From a virus (Duplodnaviria; Caudoviricetes): a DNA stretch of 64,000 nt. The DNA is taken from the IMG/VR virus record IMGVR_UViG_3300032086_004057, positions 26,208 to 90,207 of that record; one strand, given 5' to 3'. Position 1 is the first letter of the stretch. Each line of letters opens with the position of its first letter. The position numbers and the translations under genes were made by a program. Positions 18,572 through 28,143 of this stretch are shown piece after piece. A model generated the notes under the pieces. It was not told the DNA's origin and searched no databases. It was given only the letters and a program-made list of their open reading frames with translations.

Positions 18572-19646
18572 AGAACACATATTATCTGCGTCTAGAATAA
18601 AAACCTACGAAAGCTGCACTTGGAAATACTGGTGCGGTTACGTGTTAAAGCTACCCAAAACAAAAAATGACGGCAACGTCAGAGGTTCAGCTTGCCATTT
18701 GGTCCTAGAGGTTTTGCTTAATAAAAGACATAAGCAATATATTAAAAAAATAATTAAAGCAAGCAGCATAAAAGTTATCCCCTCCATAGAAAGACTAGTA
18801 AGAAAATCTTTAAGAAAAGAAGGCGAAGAGTTTTACACTGAAGAAAATGTAGAAATGTGTGATGATATGATAGTTGTAGGACTAACTATCGACGACTTCC
18901 TTGGAGGCAAAGGCTCAACAATAGACAAACCAGAAGAAGAGTTTTTCCTAGACACTGTTGAAGACCCTGATAAGCCTAGCTACAAAATGATGGGGTATAT
19001 AGATAAACCAGTTCAATTTAAAAGAGGTAAAAGACTTAAAATTATCGACTACAAAACCAACGCTAAACTCTTTGCGCCAGATGAAATAGACTATAACCCT
19101 CAAGCGTTCGCTTATTTACTAGCCGCAAAAAAAGTTTGGCCTAAGTTAACTGACACTTCCATTGAGTTTCATTTTTTAAGGTACCCAGAAGAAGCCATAA
19201 TTGAAATAAAATATACAGATGATCAACTCGAAGGCTTTGAGTATTATTTGGAGCATTTGTACAATCTATTTAACAATTACACAGAGAAAGATGCCACAAG
19301 TAATTTCGCGAGAAATCGAGGATTCCCAGAGGACTCAGATAAAGAAGGGTTCGTTAAACGCCTGAATTGCGGATTTGCTGACTACGTGGGGCACAAAAAG
19401 AAGGATGGTAGCACTCGCTGGTTCTGTGAGTACAAGTTTGCTTACGACTACTATGCGGTAGTAGACAAAGAAGGGAACACGCTGTATAGCTCTAAAAATA
19501 AAAAAGACCTACAGCCTAAAAGCGGTGAAAAAATAGTCAAAAAACACTACGCAGGTTGCCCAGCTTGGCCCGAACTAAACAAAGCTACAGATCAAAACCC
19601 AGAGGAAGATAAAGAAGATAATAACCCCGAAGACTTCCCTTTTTAA
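18564..19646 (+). CDS. Cas4/AddB-like PD-(D/E)xK exonuclease with probable Fe-S cysteines
   Basis: LSASRIKTYESCTWKY, GSACHLVLE, GYIDK, IIDYKT, QAFAY, plus three C-terminal Cys. Confidence 0.8.
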   Translation: MSKEHILSASRIKTYESCTWKYWCGYVLKLPKTKNDGNVRGSACHLVLEVLLNKRHKQYIKKIIKASSIKVIPSIERLVRKSLRKEGEEFYTEENVEMCDDMIVVGLTIDDFLGGKGSTIDKPEEEFFLDTVEDPDKPSYKMMGYIDKPVQFKRGKRLKIIDYKTNAKLFAPDEIDYNPQAFAYLLAAKKVWPKLTDTSIEFHFLRYPEEAIIEIKYTDDQLEGFEYYLEHLYNLFNNYTEKDATSNFARNRGFPEDSDKEGFVKRLNCGFADYVGHKKKDGSTRWFCEYKFAYDYYAVVDKEGNTLYSSKNKKDLQPKSGEKIVKKHYAGCPAWPELNKATDQNPEEDKEDNNPEDFPF

Positions 19647-19675
19647 TTGACGTTTTTTAAAAAAAATAGTATCAA
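19647..19675 (+). promoter_or_regulatory. Weak sigma70-like promoter
   Basis: TTGACG (19647-19652), 17-nt spacer, TATCAA (19670-19675). Confidence 0.35.
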
Positions 19676-19681
19676 TCTTCC

Positions 19682-20467
19682 ATGAGCGTTATACCTCTGT
19701 TTAAATCTCAGTACAGCATTGGTAAATCAATTTTAACTTTACAAAAAGCTGGGGAATCAATCAAAGATGGTCCAGACTCCATCATAGACATTTGTTTAGA
19801 TCATAAATTAGATTCATTTTTTCTAATCGACGATGGCATGTCTGGCTTTCTTGAGGGGTATGTAAACTCAAAAGAGTCCAAAGTGAAAATGATCTTTGGG
19901 CTTAGACTCACTATTTGCGAGGATATGGAGACGAAGAACGAGGAAAGTCTGAACTCGTGCTGTAAATATATAATTATAGCAAAGAACACTCAGGGGTATA
20001 AAAGACTTATCAAAATTTACTCCAAAGCAGCTACAGATGGTTTCTATTATGTGCCCAGAATAGATTTTAAAAATCTTTCAGAATTTTGGGACGATAAAGA
20101 TTTGCAATTAGTTGTACCGTTTTACGACTCCTTTATACACAGAAATTATTTAGAGGATAGCTTGTGCCCACCCCCACCAACAAAATTTAAAATTGATTTT
20201 ATAAAAGAAGATAATAACCTTCCATTCGATGATATTTTGTCTGAAAAAATAGACTCCTACATCAAAAAAACAAAATCCTCAAAAGGCTTCAATATAATTA
20301 AAGGGCAAAGTATTTTCTATAAAAATAAAAAGGACTTTAAAGCTTACTTAACGTTCAAGGCGATAAACGCAAGAACCACGCTTGGAAAACCAAATTTAGA
20401 ACACATGGCTAGTGATGAATTTTGTTTCGAAAGCTGGATGGAGAAAAACAATGAAAAAACTTCTTAG
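19682..20467 (+). CDS. Stand-alone PHP domain of DNA polymerase III alpha
   Basis: PLFKSQYSIGKSIL (degenerate HxHxxYS), LIDDGMSGF, KMIFGL, IAKNTQGYKRLIKIYS.A..DGFYY.PRIDF. Confidence 0.8.
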   Translation: MSVIPLFKSQYSIGKSILTLQKAGESIKDGPDSIIDICLDHKLDSFFLIDDGMSGFLEGYVNSKESKVKMIFGLRLTICEDMETKNEESLNSCCKYIIIAKNTQGYKRLIKIYSKAATDGFYYVPRIDFKNLSEFWDDKDLQLVVPFYDSFIHRNYLEDSLCPPPPTKFKIDFIKEDNNLPFDDILSEKIDSYIKKTKSSKGFNIIKGQSIFYKNKKDFKAYLTFKAINARTTLGKPNLEHMASDEFCFESWMEKNNEKTS

Positions 20468-21086
20468 GTACAACAAAGATAAAGAGTTTGTCTTTATAGA
20501 TTGCGAAACGTTCAATTTGTGTTTGAATTTTACGCACAATCTGCCTTGGCAAATCTCAATGATAAAAGTCAAAGGTGATGAAATGACCGCTTTTAAGGAT
20601 TTCTACATAAAGTGGGATACGCATCTAAAGATTGGCGCAGAGGCCGCTAGAATAACAAGATACAGCCAAAAAAAGATGGACCAGAAAGGCGTGTCTCCTG
20701 AAAAAGTTTATCCGACTATTAAAGATTGGCTAGACAATGCAGATTACGTAGTAGGGCACAACATATTAGGTTTTGATATTTATTTAATTAAAGGCTTATA
20801 TGAATACATGGGCGACGATTATAAACCTTTAGTAAAAAAATTAATTGATACGAATTGCATCGCTAGAGGTTTAAAAACTGATAAGACATACGATAATAAA
20901 TCAGATTTCCTTGAGTATCAATATAAAATCATGAGCAAAAGAGTTAAAGGAGTAAGAACTAATCTTACCGCACTTGGGAAAGAATATAATATTTCTCATG
21001 ATTACGAAAAACTTCATGATGCTCTAGTCGATTTAGAGTTAAACCTAAAAGTGTGGAACAAACTGAAGTGGGAAATTGATCTTTGA
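20451..21086 (+). CDS. DEDDh 3'-5' exonuclease (DnaQ/epsilon-like); likely start ATG 20451 (ORF track starts at 20412)
   Basis: FIDCETF (ExoI), VGHNILGFD (ExoII), IDT, LHDALVDL (ExoIII). Confidence 0.85.
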   Translation: MKKLLRYNKDKEFVFIDCETFNLCLNFTHNLPWQISMIKVKGDEMTAFKDFYIKWDTHLKIGAEAARITRYSQKKMDQKGVSPEKVYPTIKDWLDNADYVVGHNILGFDIYLIKGLYEYMGDDYKPLVKKLIDTNCIARGLKTDKTYDNKSDFLEYQYKIMSKRVKGVRTNLTALGKEYNISHDYEKLHDALVDLELNLKVWNKLKWEIDL

Positions 21087-21946
21087 GTAAATTAGAGGAC
21101 AATTTACTTCACGTTCATTCACCGTGTGGTTTTTGGGGTGATCAAATGCTGTTTCTGTTTTCAGCTTATTACCACATGGAGAGTCAAAAAAAAGATGGCG
21201 TTATAATTCATACGGGTAAAGACCTATGGAATACTCACGCTGGCATATATAGCCCCGCTCAAAAAAACATTTTTCATTTTTGGAGTTGTTTTGATTTTGT
21301 AAAAGGCATAATCTTTGACATGAATCAAAGGGGCTTAAATCAAGATGCCGAAAAAAGTTTATATAATGTTTTCCCATTATTGAATCACTATTATGAAGAT
21401 GATGAATATAAATTAGATATAAGTAAAAAAATTAATTTTAATTTATTTCCAAGTAGATTTGAAAACGCTTACACAAAAAAAATAGCAGTTTTTCAGCCTG
21501 TTTCCTTGGCGAATAAGCCAGAGCAGTTTAAGCAAGACTTTATATGCAAGTTGAGCGAAACAATTAAAACCGTTGCTGAAAAGGGCTATACGATAATTGC
21601 TATAGGGTCAGCTTCTGATAGAGAGCATTACGAAGCACTTTATCATGACACGCCTTATCAACACAAAATAGTAGAATTGTTTGATAAAATCAATATGTTT
21701 CAAGCTATAGATTTAGTTATGAATCACGCTGAACTTGTTGTGTCCTGCTGTAGCTGGTCTGGGTGGTACGGCATAGCCTCAAGAACAAAAACTGTGATGG
21801 CTTTAGGCCCACTGATGGAAAAAGGAAAACCAGATGAAAAATACGTTAACTTAATGAAAAATAAAGACATATTTTTTATGGATTATTCCTCAAAAAAAGA
21901 GCAAACTGACCTTAGCATTTCTAATTGGATAGCAAATAACGTATGA
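21083..21946 (+). CDS. GT9-like (heptosyltransferase-type GT-B) protein
   Basis: GFWGDQM, FQPVS, IIAIGSASD, AIDLVMNHAELVVSCCSW...IAS...KTVMALG, resembling the GT9 C-lobe. Confidence 0.55.
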   Translation: MSKLEDNLLHVHSPCGFWGDQMLFLFSAYYHMESQKKDGVIIHTGKDLWNTHAGIYSPAQKNIFHFWSCFDFVKGIIFDMNQRGLNQDAEKSLYNVFPLLNHYYEDDEYKLDISKKINFNLFPSRFENAYTKKIAVFQPVSLANKPEQFKQDFICKLSETIKTVAEKGYTIIAIGSASDREHYEALYHDTPYQHKIVELFDKINMFQAIDLVMNHAELVVSCCSWSGWYGIASRTKTVMALGPLMEKGKPDEKYVNLMKNKDIFFMDYSSKKEQTDLSISNWIANNV

Positions 21947-24573
21947 GCACTTATACTGACAACTTTGAAGAGCTTGATTTAAAACTTCACGGAGTTAGGT
22001 TGCCTAATTTTGAAATCACTAATACCCAAAAACAAGATGTAAAAATCAGTGAAGACTCAAATAATTTTTCTTTCCTTAGAGCTCTTTGCGAGAAAGGTAT
22101 GCAAGATAAAAACCTAAAAGGTAAAGCGTATCAAGAGAGAATGGAATACGAGCTACAAACTCTGGAGGAGCTCGGATTTACTGATTATATTTTATTAGTT
22201 TGGGACGTTACCAACTTTTGCAAAAGAAATAAAATCGCCATTGGTCTAGGAAGAGGCAGCGCTGCGGGTTGTTTAGTTTTATATTTAATTGGTTCGACAA
22301 ATATTGACCCAATCAAATATGAACTATTTTTCGAAAGGTTTGTATCCAAGGTAAGAGCCAAAAAGAAAGTAGTAAACGGTGTAACTTACCTTGATGGCTC
22401 CTTAATGGTTGATGTTGACATTGATGTATGCTATCACGGCAGACAAGAAGTGTTGAAATATTTAAATGAAAAATTCTCTGGTAAAACGAGCAAAGTATTA
22501 ACTCTAACGACTCTAAGTTCTAAACTCCTAATTAAAGAATGCGGTAAAATTATTGCGGAGGAAAACGAACAGGAGATGAACAAGGTGTCCGCGATGATCC
22601 CAAAATTGTTTGGTTCTGTAAAAGATATCTCGGAAACCTATGATGAAGTAGAAGAGTTTAAAGAGTGGGTTGACTCTTCAGAAATAAGAAAAGAAACATA
22701 TAAGACTGCGTTAAAGATTAGAAATCTTGTCAAAAACAAAGGTATTCACGCTTCCGCTATTGCTATTTGCTATGATAATCTAGAAGACTCGTGTCCTAGC
22801 GAGCTAACCTCAGAGGATAAAGACAAATCAAAGTCTAAGTCGTTTGCTAAAAAAGCTGTGGTGTCTTCATATGAAATGGATTTTGTTTCCATTTCTAACG
22901 TCAAATTGGATATCCTTGGTCTTAGGTGTGTGTCTGTGGTTGATGACGTTTGTAATTTAATTGGCATAGATAAAGAGGACATCAACCTAAACGACCCATT
23001 TATTTACCAAAATCTTCAAGACCTTAAAAATCCACATGGCTTATTTCAAATAGAAGCTGACACCAATTACAAAGTATGCCAAAAAGTAAAACCTAAAAAT
23101 CTAGAAGAATTAAGTGGTGTGCTCGCTCTAGCTAGACCAGGTGCGCTTTCATACGTTGATCAATATGCGAACTACACCAACAATGGCGTTGAAGAGGCTA
23201 TTCACCCATTCTTTGACGATATATTGTCTTACAGCGGTGGTGTAGCTCTATATCAAGAGCAGCTAATGAAAATGGCTCATAAAATTGGCTTTACCCTCGA
23301 TGAAGCGGAAATACTTAGAAGAATTGTAGGTAAGAAAAAGGTATCAGAAGTAAAAAAGTGGAAAAAGAAGATTTCTGAAAAGATTAAACAAAATAATCTT
23401 GATGAAAAAATTGGTGATGTCTTATGGAAAGTTTTAGAAGATTCAGCGAACTATTCTTTTAACAAGTCCCACTCAATTGCTTACGCTGCCTTGGCTGCTA
23501 TTACTATCTACTTGAAGTTTAAATACCCAAAAGAGTTTTTCTTGGCTTTGCTTAAAATGAGTCGCTATGAATCGGAGCCCATAAAAGAGATATCTAAAAT
23601 CAATAGAGAGATGAATGATGCTGGGGTTAAACTTTTACCACCTCACTTAATTAAGTCTGAAATGGATTTTTCTATTGAGGAAGAAGGAATTAGGTTTGGC
23701 TTACTTTCAATTAAAGGCGTTTCAGACAAGTCGATTGAGAAGCTAAATAAATTTAAAAATAAATACTCCACTAAGTTTCAAGTATTTGAAGCCGCAAGTA
23801 AGTCTGGTATTGGTATAGGAATCTTATCCGCACTTATCCAAGCTGGTACGTTTGAAGGATTTTCTCAAAGTAGGACAACAGTTGTTTACGAAGCGCAAAT
23901 ATGGAGCATTTTAACTAAAACTGAAAAAACTTTAGTTCATAAGTTTGCAGAGAAGTTTGATTATGATTTAGTGAAGACTGTTAAATACTTGTATTCGAAC
24001 TACGAAATTAAAAACGGAAAAGAAAAGCCGTATATAAAAGATTCAAGAAAGCAAACTATAAAAAAGAAAACAGAAAAGTATAGTTTAATTTATAAACAAA
24101 ATAAAAAATCTGAAAGGTTTGCAAACTGGTTCTACGAAAACCAATTACTTGGCTATACTTACGGGGTTAGACTTATTGACATATGGAAAAATGTCACAAA
24201 TAATCTTGTTACAATTAATACGGTAAAAAACTCCCCAATGGATAGCAGAGTTAAGTTTATTGGCTTTGTGGATGGCAAACCATACAGAGGTACATCTAGA
24301 AACGGTAACCCATATTTAAGACTTGAAGTTTCTGACGAAAATAAGCAAACTAAAGTTATGATCTTTAATGATAAAATGTGGAACGCGATTGGCAAAGACG
24401 CTAGAAACATGCCAAAGTCTGGAGAAATAGTGATAGTAAAAGGCGTCGTAAAGGACGAGTGCGTATTCGCTGACGAAATGTACACTCAAAGAAAAAATAG
24501 CATATACACAAAGTTATCAGACTTGAAAGATAAAAACTTAAACAGCTTGACAAATGAAAAAGATATCGTATAA
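21943..24573 (+). CDS. dnaE: DNA polymerase III alpha subunit (family C) lacking the PHP domain
   Basis: GLGRGSAAGCLV.Y, DPIKYELFFERF, DVDID (catalytic), GIHAS, KLDILGL, FQIE, LARPG, YQEQLM, YSFNKSHS.AY, C-terminal OB fold. Confidence 0.95.
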   Translation: MSTYTDNFEELDLKLHGVRLPNFEITNTQKQDVKISEDSNNFSFLRALCEKGMQDKNLKGKAYQERMEYELQTLEELGFTDYILLVWDVTNFCKRNKIAIGLGRGSAAGCLVLYLIGSTNIDPIKYELFFERFVSKVRAKKKVVNGVTYLDGSLMVDVDIDVCYHGRQEVLKYLNEKFSGKTSKVLTLTTLSSKLLIKECGKIIAEENEQEMNKVSAMIPKLFGSVKDISETYDEVEEFKEWVDSSEIRKETYKTALKIRNLVKNKGIHASAIAICYDNLEDSCPSELTSEDKDKSKSKSFAKKAVVSSYEMDFVSISNVKLDILGLRCVSVVDDVCNLIGIDKEDINLNDPFIYQNLQDLKNPHGLFQIEADTNYKVCQKVKPKNLEELSGVLALARPGALSYVDQYANYTNNGVEEAIHPFFDDILSYSGGVALYQEQLMKMAHKIGFTLDEAEILRRIVGKKKVSEVKKWKKKISEKIKQNNLDEKIGDVLWKVLEDSANYSFNKSHSIAYAALAAITIYLKFKYPKEFFLALLKMSRYESEPIKEISKINREMNDAGVKLLPPHLIKSEMDFSIEEEGIRFGLLSIKGVSDKSIEKLNKFKNKYSTKFQVFEAASKSGIGIGILSALIQAGTFEGFSQSRTTVVYEAQIWSILTKTEKTLVHKFAEKFDYDLVKTVKYLYSNYEIKNGKEKPYIKDSRKQTIKKKTEKYSLIYKQNKKSERFANWFYENQLLGYTYGVRLIDIWKNVTNNLVTINTVKNSPMDSRVKFIGFVDGKPYRGTSRNGNPYLRLEVSDENKQTKVMIFNDKMWNAIGKDARNMPKSGEIVIVKGVVKDECVFADEMYTQRKNSIYTKLSDLKDKNLNSLTNEKDIV

Positions 24574-24574
24574 T
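24547..24574 (+). promoter_or_regulatory. Consensus sigma70 promoter inside the dnaE 3' end, driving the 24583 gene
   Basis: TTGACA (24547-24552), 16-nt spacer, TATAAT (24569-24574). Confidence 0.7.
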
Positions 24575-24582
24575 TAAAAAAT

Positions 24583-25104
24583 ATGAGCTTACAATTTTAT
24601 AAACCCAATCAAAAGTCTACTGGCACAGCTTGTTCATTCTGGAGAAATGCAGACGATAATACGTTCTGGGTAAGCCTTATTAAGCAAGACTCTTGGAACT
24701 CAAAAACTAAAACGGGCTCATTTTCTAAGAATAAAGACAACCCAAAAAAGAGAGCAATTATCAAATTTAGCGATTTAGAAATTGCTGGCGTTATTGACGC
24801 TATCGAAAGAAATGCTGAGTACAGCGGTTATCATGGTAGCCAAAAGCAAGTTGTAAAGTTCAACTTTAAACCTTACGTAAAAGACGGTAAACAGCTTGGT
24901 TACTCTTTCTCTGTTAATAGGGAAGATAAAGAAGATTCTACAGAAAAGCAGAATTATCTCATTGGTTTTTACTACCCAGAAGCGATGAGACTCAAAATCT
25001 ACCTTCAAACCATTCTTTCTGAGAGCTATAAAAACGATTACACTTCTCAGAAGAACTCCCAAAACAAACCAGCTAAAAAAGACGCTGAAGACTACGACTT
25101 CTAA
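24583..25104 (+). CDS. Whirly/PC4-like ssDNA-binding protein candidate with acidic-aromatic tail
   Basis: Two beta4-alpha repeats ending KFSDLEIAGVI and GFYYPEAMRLK; C-terminus DAEDYDF. Confidence 0.55.
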   Translation: MSLQFYKPNQKSTGTACSFWRNADDNTFWVSLIKQDSWNSKTKTGSFSKNKDNPKKRAIIKFSDLEIAGVIDAIERNAEYSGYHGSQKQVVKFNFKPYVKDGKQLGYSFSVNREDKEDSTEKQNYLIGFYYPEAMRLKIYLQTILSESYKNDYTSQKNSQNKPAKKDAEDYDF

Positions 25105-25106
25105 AA

Positions 25107-26981
25107 GTGAGTAGAAAAAAAGTCTTAATCCAAACTGACTTCTCTTTAGTCAAAACGGGCTTTGGTCGTAGTGCTAAGGCTCTTTTATCGTATTTATATA
25201 AAACTAACAAATATGATCTAGTTCATTTTTGCGTTGGAATGAACGAAGCTTCTCCAGCCCTTCTCCAAACCCCTTGGAAATCTGTCGGAACCCTCCCTAG
25301 TTCTCCAGAAAAATTAGATCAAATTAATAAAGACCCGAAACTAAGTAAAATTGCTCATTACGGGGCTTATTATTTAGATGAAATAATTGAACGAGAAAAG
25401 CCAGATGTTTATATCGCCGCTCAAGACATTTGGGGGGTAGATTTTGCAGTTGGGAAACATTGGTTTAATAAGATTAACTCAGCTATTTGGACAACGTTAG
25501 ATTCGCTACCGCTACTACCAACCGCCGTTGAATTGGCTCCAGAAATAAAAAACTACTGGATGTGGAGCAGTTTCGCAACGGAAGAAATGCATAGGCTTGG
25601 CCACAAACACGTCAAGACTGTCCACGGAATTATCGATACTGACAATTTCAAAAGACTAAAAGACGAAGAAAGAAAATTATTAAGAAAAAGAAATAATATA
25701 GAAGAAGATGCTTTTGTAATCGGTTTTGTATTTAGAAATCAGTTAAGAAAGTCCGCGCCTAACCTTATAGAAGGATTCAAAAAATTTAAAGATAAAAATC
25801 CACACATCAAAAACGCAAAACTATTATTACATACAAGCTATCAAGAAGGCTGGGATTTAAGAGCTTTAGCCGATGAGTACAAAGTAAACTGGGAAGATAT
25901 TTTAACGACTGTTATTTGCGCTAAATGCAAAAAATACGAGGTAAAATCATTTAAAAGACCAAATGACGAATGTAGATTCTGTGGTACTAAAGGCTCCGTG
26001 AACACCACTGGAGTCGCCTTGGGCGTTTCAGAAATTGAGCTAAATGAAGTCTATAACCTTATGGACGTGTACTGCCACCCGTTTACGTCTGGCGGTCAAG
26101 AAATTCCCATCCAAGAAGCTAAACTTACAGAGTTACCCACTTTAGTAACAAGCTATAGCTGCGGTCAAGAAATGTGTGGCAAAGCAGCAAATTCATTATC
26201 TTTAAATTGGACAGAGTATAGAGAATTTGGAACATCTTTCATTAAAGCTACCACCGACCCGAACCATATAGCTGAAAGACTTGAAGAGGTCTACAACATG
26301 CCAGACTCTGAAAGGCAAAGAATGGGTAAGGCGGCTAGAAATTGGACTCTTCAAAATTTCTCAGTTCAAAGCGTGGGTAAAGAGATAGAAAAATTTATCG
26401 ACTCCTGCAAAAAAATAAAAGAGTCCGAATACCCAAAACCAGAAAAAAAAGACCCTTATGCAAAAATAGAAAATATACCAAACGCTGTAGACTGGTTAAA
26501 AGCTCTTTACAAAAACATCCTAAAAACTACAGTAACCTCAAAAGACGAGGGTTTACAGTACTGGTTAACCGAATTAAGCAAAGGTGCTAAAGCGGAACAA
26601 ATAGAACAATATTTCAGAGATGTAGCTTCTCAAGATAATCAAAAAGCGAGTGATAAATTATTAAAAGATAAATTATCTGATAATAAAAATAGAATTTTAT
26701 ACATAATGCCTCTTGATGAAGTTGATATATTTGTTTCCACAAGCTTATTTAAATCTATAAAGGATTTGTACCCCGATCACGATTTATATGTTGCTTCTCA
26801 ACCTAAAAATGAACTAATTTTAGCTGCAAATCAATATGTTCATAAATTCTTAAAGTACGAGCAAGCTTTTGAACATTTACATTTACTTAAAGATGATCAA
26901 GGCGATGATCTTTTTGAGGCTATCTACACGCCTCATTTAAACAAAAATAATTACAATCTCATACACAAAACTAATCTATAA
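25107..26981 (+). CDS. Multidomain glycosyltransferase: GT4, DUF4214-like helical module, GT9-like N-lobe
   Basis: TGFGR, FRNQLRKS, YNLMDVYCHPFTSGGQEIPIQEAK (GT4). LYKNIL...DEGLQYW...L..G (DUF4214-like). RILYIMP...DIFVSTSLFKSIKDLYPD (GT9 N-terminus). Confidence 0.75.
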   Translation: MSRKKVLIQTDFSLVKTGFGRSAKALLSYLYKTNKYDLVHFCVGMNEASPALLQTPWKSVGTLPSSPEKLDQINKDPKLSKIAHYGAYYLDEIIEREKPDVYIAAQDIWGVDFAVGKHWFNKINSAIWTTLDSLPLLPTAVELAPEIKNYWMWSSFATEEMHRLGHKHVKTVHGIIDTDNFKRLKDEERKLLRKRNNIEEDAFVIGFVFRNQLRKSAPNLIEGFKKFKDKNPHIKNAKLLLHTSYQEGWDLRALADEYKVNWEDILTTVICAKCKKYEVKSFKRPNDECRFCGTKGSVNTTGVALGVSEIELNEVYNLMDVYCHPFTSGGQEIPIQEAKLTELPTLVTSYSCGQEMCGKAANSLSLNWTEYREFGTSFIKATTDPNHIAERLEEVYNMPDSERQRMGKAARNWTLQNFSVQSVGKEIEKFIDSCKKIKESEYPKPEKKDPYAKIENIPNAVDWLKALYKNILKTTVTSKDEGLQYWLTELSKGAKAEQIEQYFRDVASQDNQKASDKLLKDKLSDNKNRILYIMPLDEVDIFVSTSLFKSIKDLYPDHDLYVASQPKNELILAANQYVHKFLKYEQAFEHLHLLKDDQGDDLFEAIYTPHLNKNNYNLIHKTNL

Positions 26982-28108
26982 TGCAGCTTGCAAATGTATA
27001 CTCGGCTTCGTGCGGCTTAAAGATAGATAAGCCTGAGATTTACGATGTTTATTTTCCCTTTGTAGAGGAAAAGTTTATAACCGTAGACACCGATAAAAAC
27101 AATTATAGTAATTGGCAAGACGTAGCCAACATAATCGGACCGCATTTAAATAAATTAAATATAAAAATTTTTCAACTAGGCGAGCCTGAAAGCACTGAAA
27201 TTCAAGGCGCTCTTAGAACTAACGGCAACCTGAGTGCTGGTCAAAAAAGCTTTTTAATTAAAAAAAGTATGCTTCATGTGTCTAATAATAACTTAACGGC
27301 ACAAATACGCGCTAGTTTAAATAAAAAATTAATATGTTTAGCTGAGAGTAAAAAAAGAGCCTTACCTTTTCCAGAAGTCTGGGGTGATAAAAACAATCAC
27401 ACTTTTGTGTACCCAGAAAAAAAACAAGACTTTATTAAGCCAGAGAAATTAGCTAAAACCATCTTAAACAATCTAGGTGTAGATTTTCAATCTGATTACG
27501 AAACGGTTTATATTGGTTCAAGGTATAAAGATGGTGTTCAGTTTGTAGAAAATATTCCAACTTCGTTATTTGACCTAAAGAAATACTCTTTAGACTCCGT
27601 TTTATTGAGAATGGATTTGGAATTTTCTCAAGAAAATTTAATAAAGCAGCTTCAGATTGGAAAAGCTACTATATACACAGATAAAAGTATTGACTTGAAT
27701 CTATTAAACTCGTTAAAAAATAATATAGTAGAAATTATTTATGAAGTAAAAGAAGATAACAGCCCTTCTTTTTGCGAGCAAGTATCTAAACTAGGAATAA
27801 AATGCCATCTTATTTCTAATTTACCTGAAGACAAAATTAATCAATTAAAGCTTCAGTATATGGATATAGGAAACATTTCCAAACAGTATATTTTCAGCAA
27901 AGATTCCTTACCCAATCATGAGTCACTAGATGTGAATAATCTGTATTACAGAAGTAAAAAAATTATTTGTAAAAATGATTCTATGTACCTTTCTGAAGCG
28001 GCACTAGAAAAAGGAATTAAAAGTAATAGTAGTTTTGATGTTCAAAAAGTGATAGATATACCAAGCTTTTGGAAGAATTTGGACGCTTTTTCAATTTTAA
28101 AAAAGTAA
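26981..28108 (+). CDS. GT9-like C-lobe protein with uncharacterised C-terminal domain
   Basis: YSNWQDVA, KIFQLG, LSAGQKSFLIKKSMLHVSNNN...Q..ASLNKKLICL, resembling the GT9 C-lobe. Confidence 0.5.
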   Translation: MQLANVYSASCGLKIDKPEIYDVYFPFVEEKFITVDTDKNNYSNWQDVANIIGPHLNKLNIKIFQLGEPESTEIQGALRTNGNLSAGQKSFLIKKSMLHVSNNNLTAQIRASLNKKLICLAESKKRALPFPEVWGDKNNHTFVYPEKKQDFIKPEKLAKTILNNLGVDFQSDYETVYIGSRYKDGVQFVENIPTSLFDLKKYSLDSVLLRMDLEFSQENLIKQLQIGKATIYTDKSIDLNLLNSLKNNIVEIIYEVKEDNSPSFCEQVSKLGIKCHLISNLPEDKINQLKLQYMDIGNISKQYIFSKDSLPNHESLDVNNLYYRSKKIICKNDSMYLSEAALEKGIKSNSSFDVQKVIDIPSFWKNLDAFSILKK

Positions 28109-28137
28109 TTGACCTGAAGTAAAAAGTAGTCCATAAT
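28109..28137 (+). promoter_or_regulatory. Sigma70-like promoter
   Basis: TTGACC (28109-28114), 17-nt spacer, CATAAT (28132-28137). Confidence 0.55.
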
Positions 28138-28143
28138 TTATTT

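Noticed and set aside
4818-24573. Inteins or introns in nrdA, recA, dnaB or dnaE
   Set aside because: Lengths are ordinary and no C/S...HN-C/S/T splice motifs or LAGLIDADG blocks were seen.
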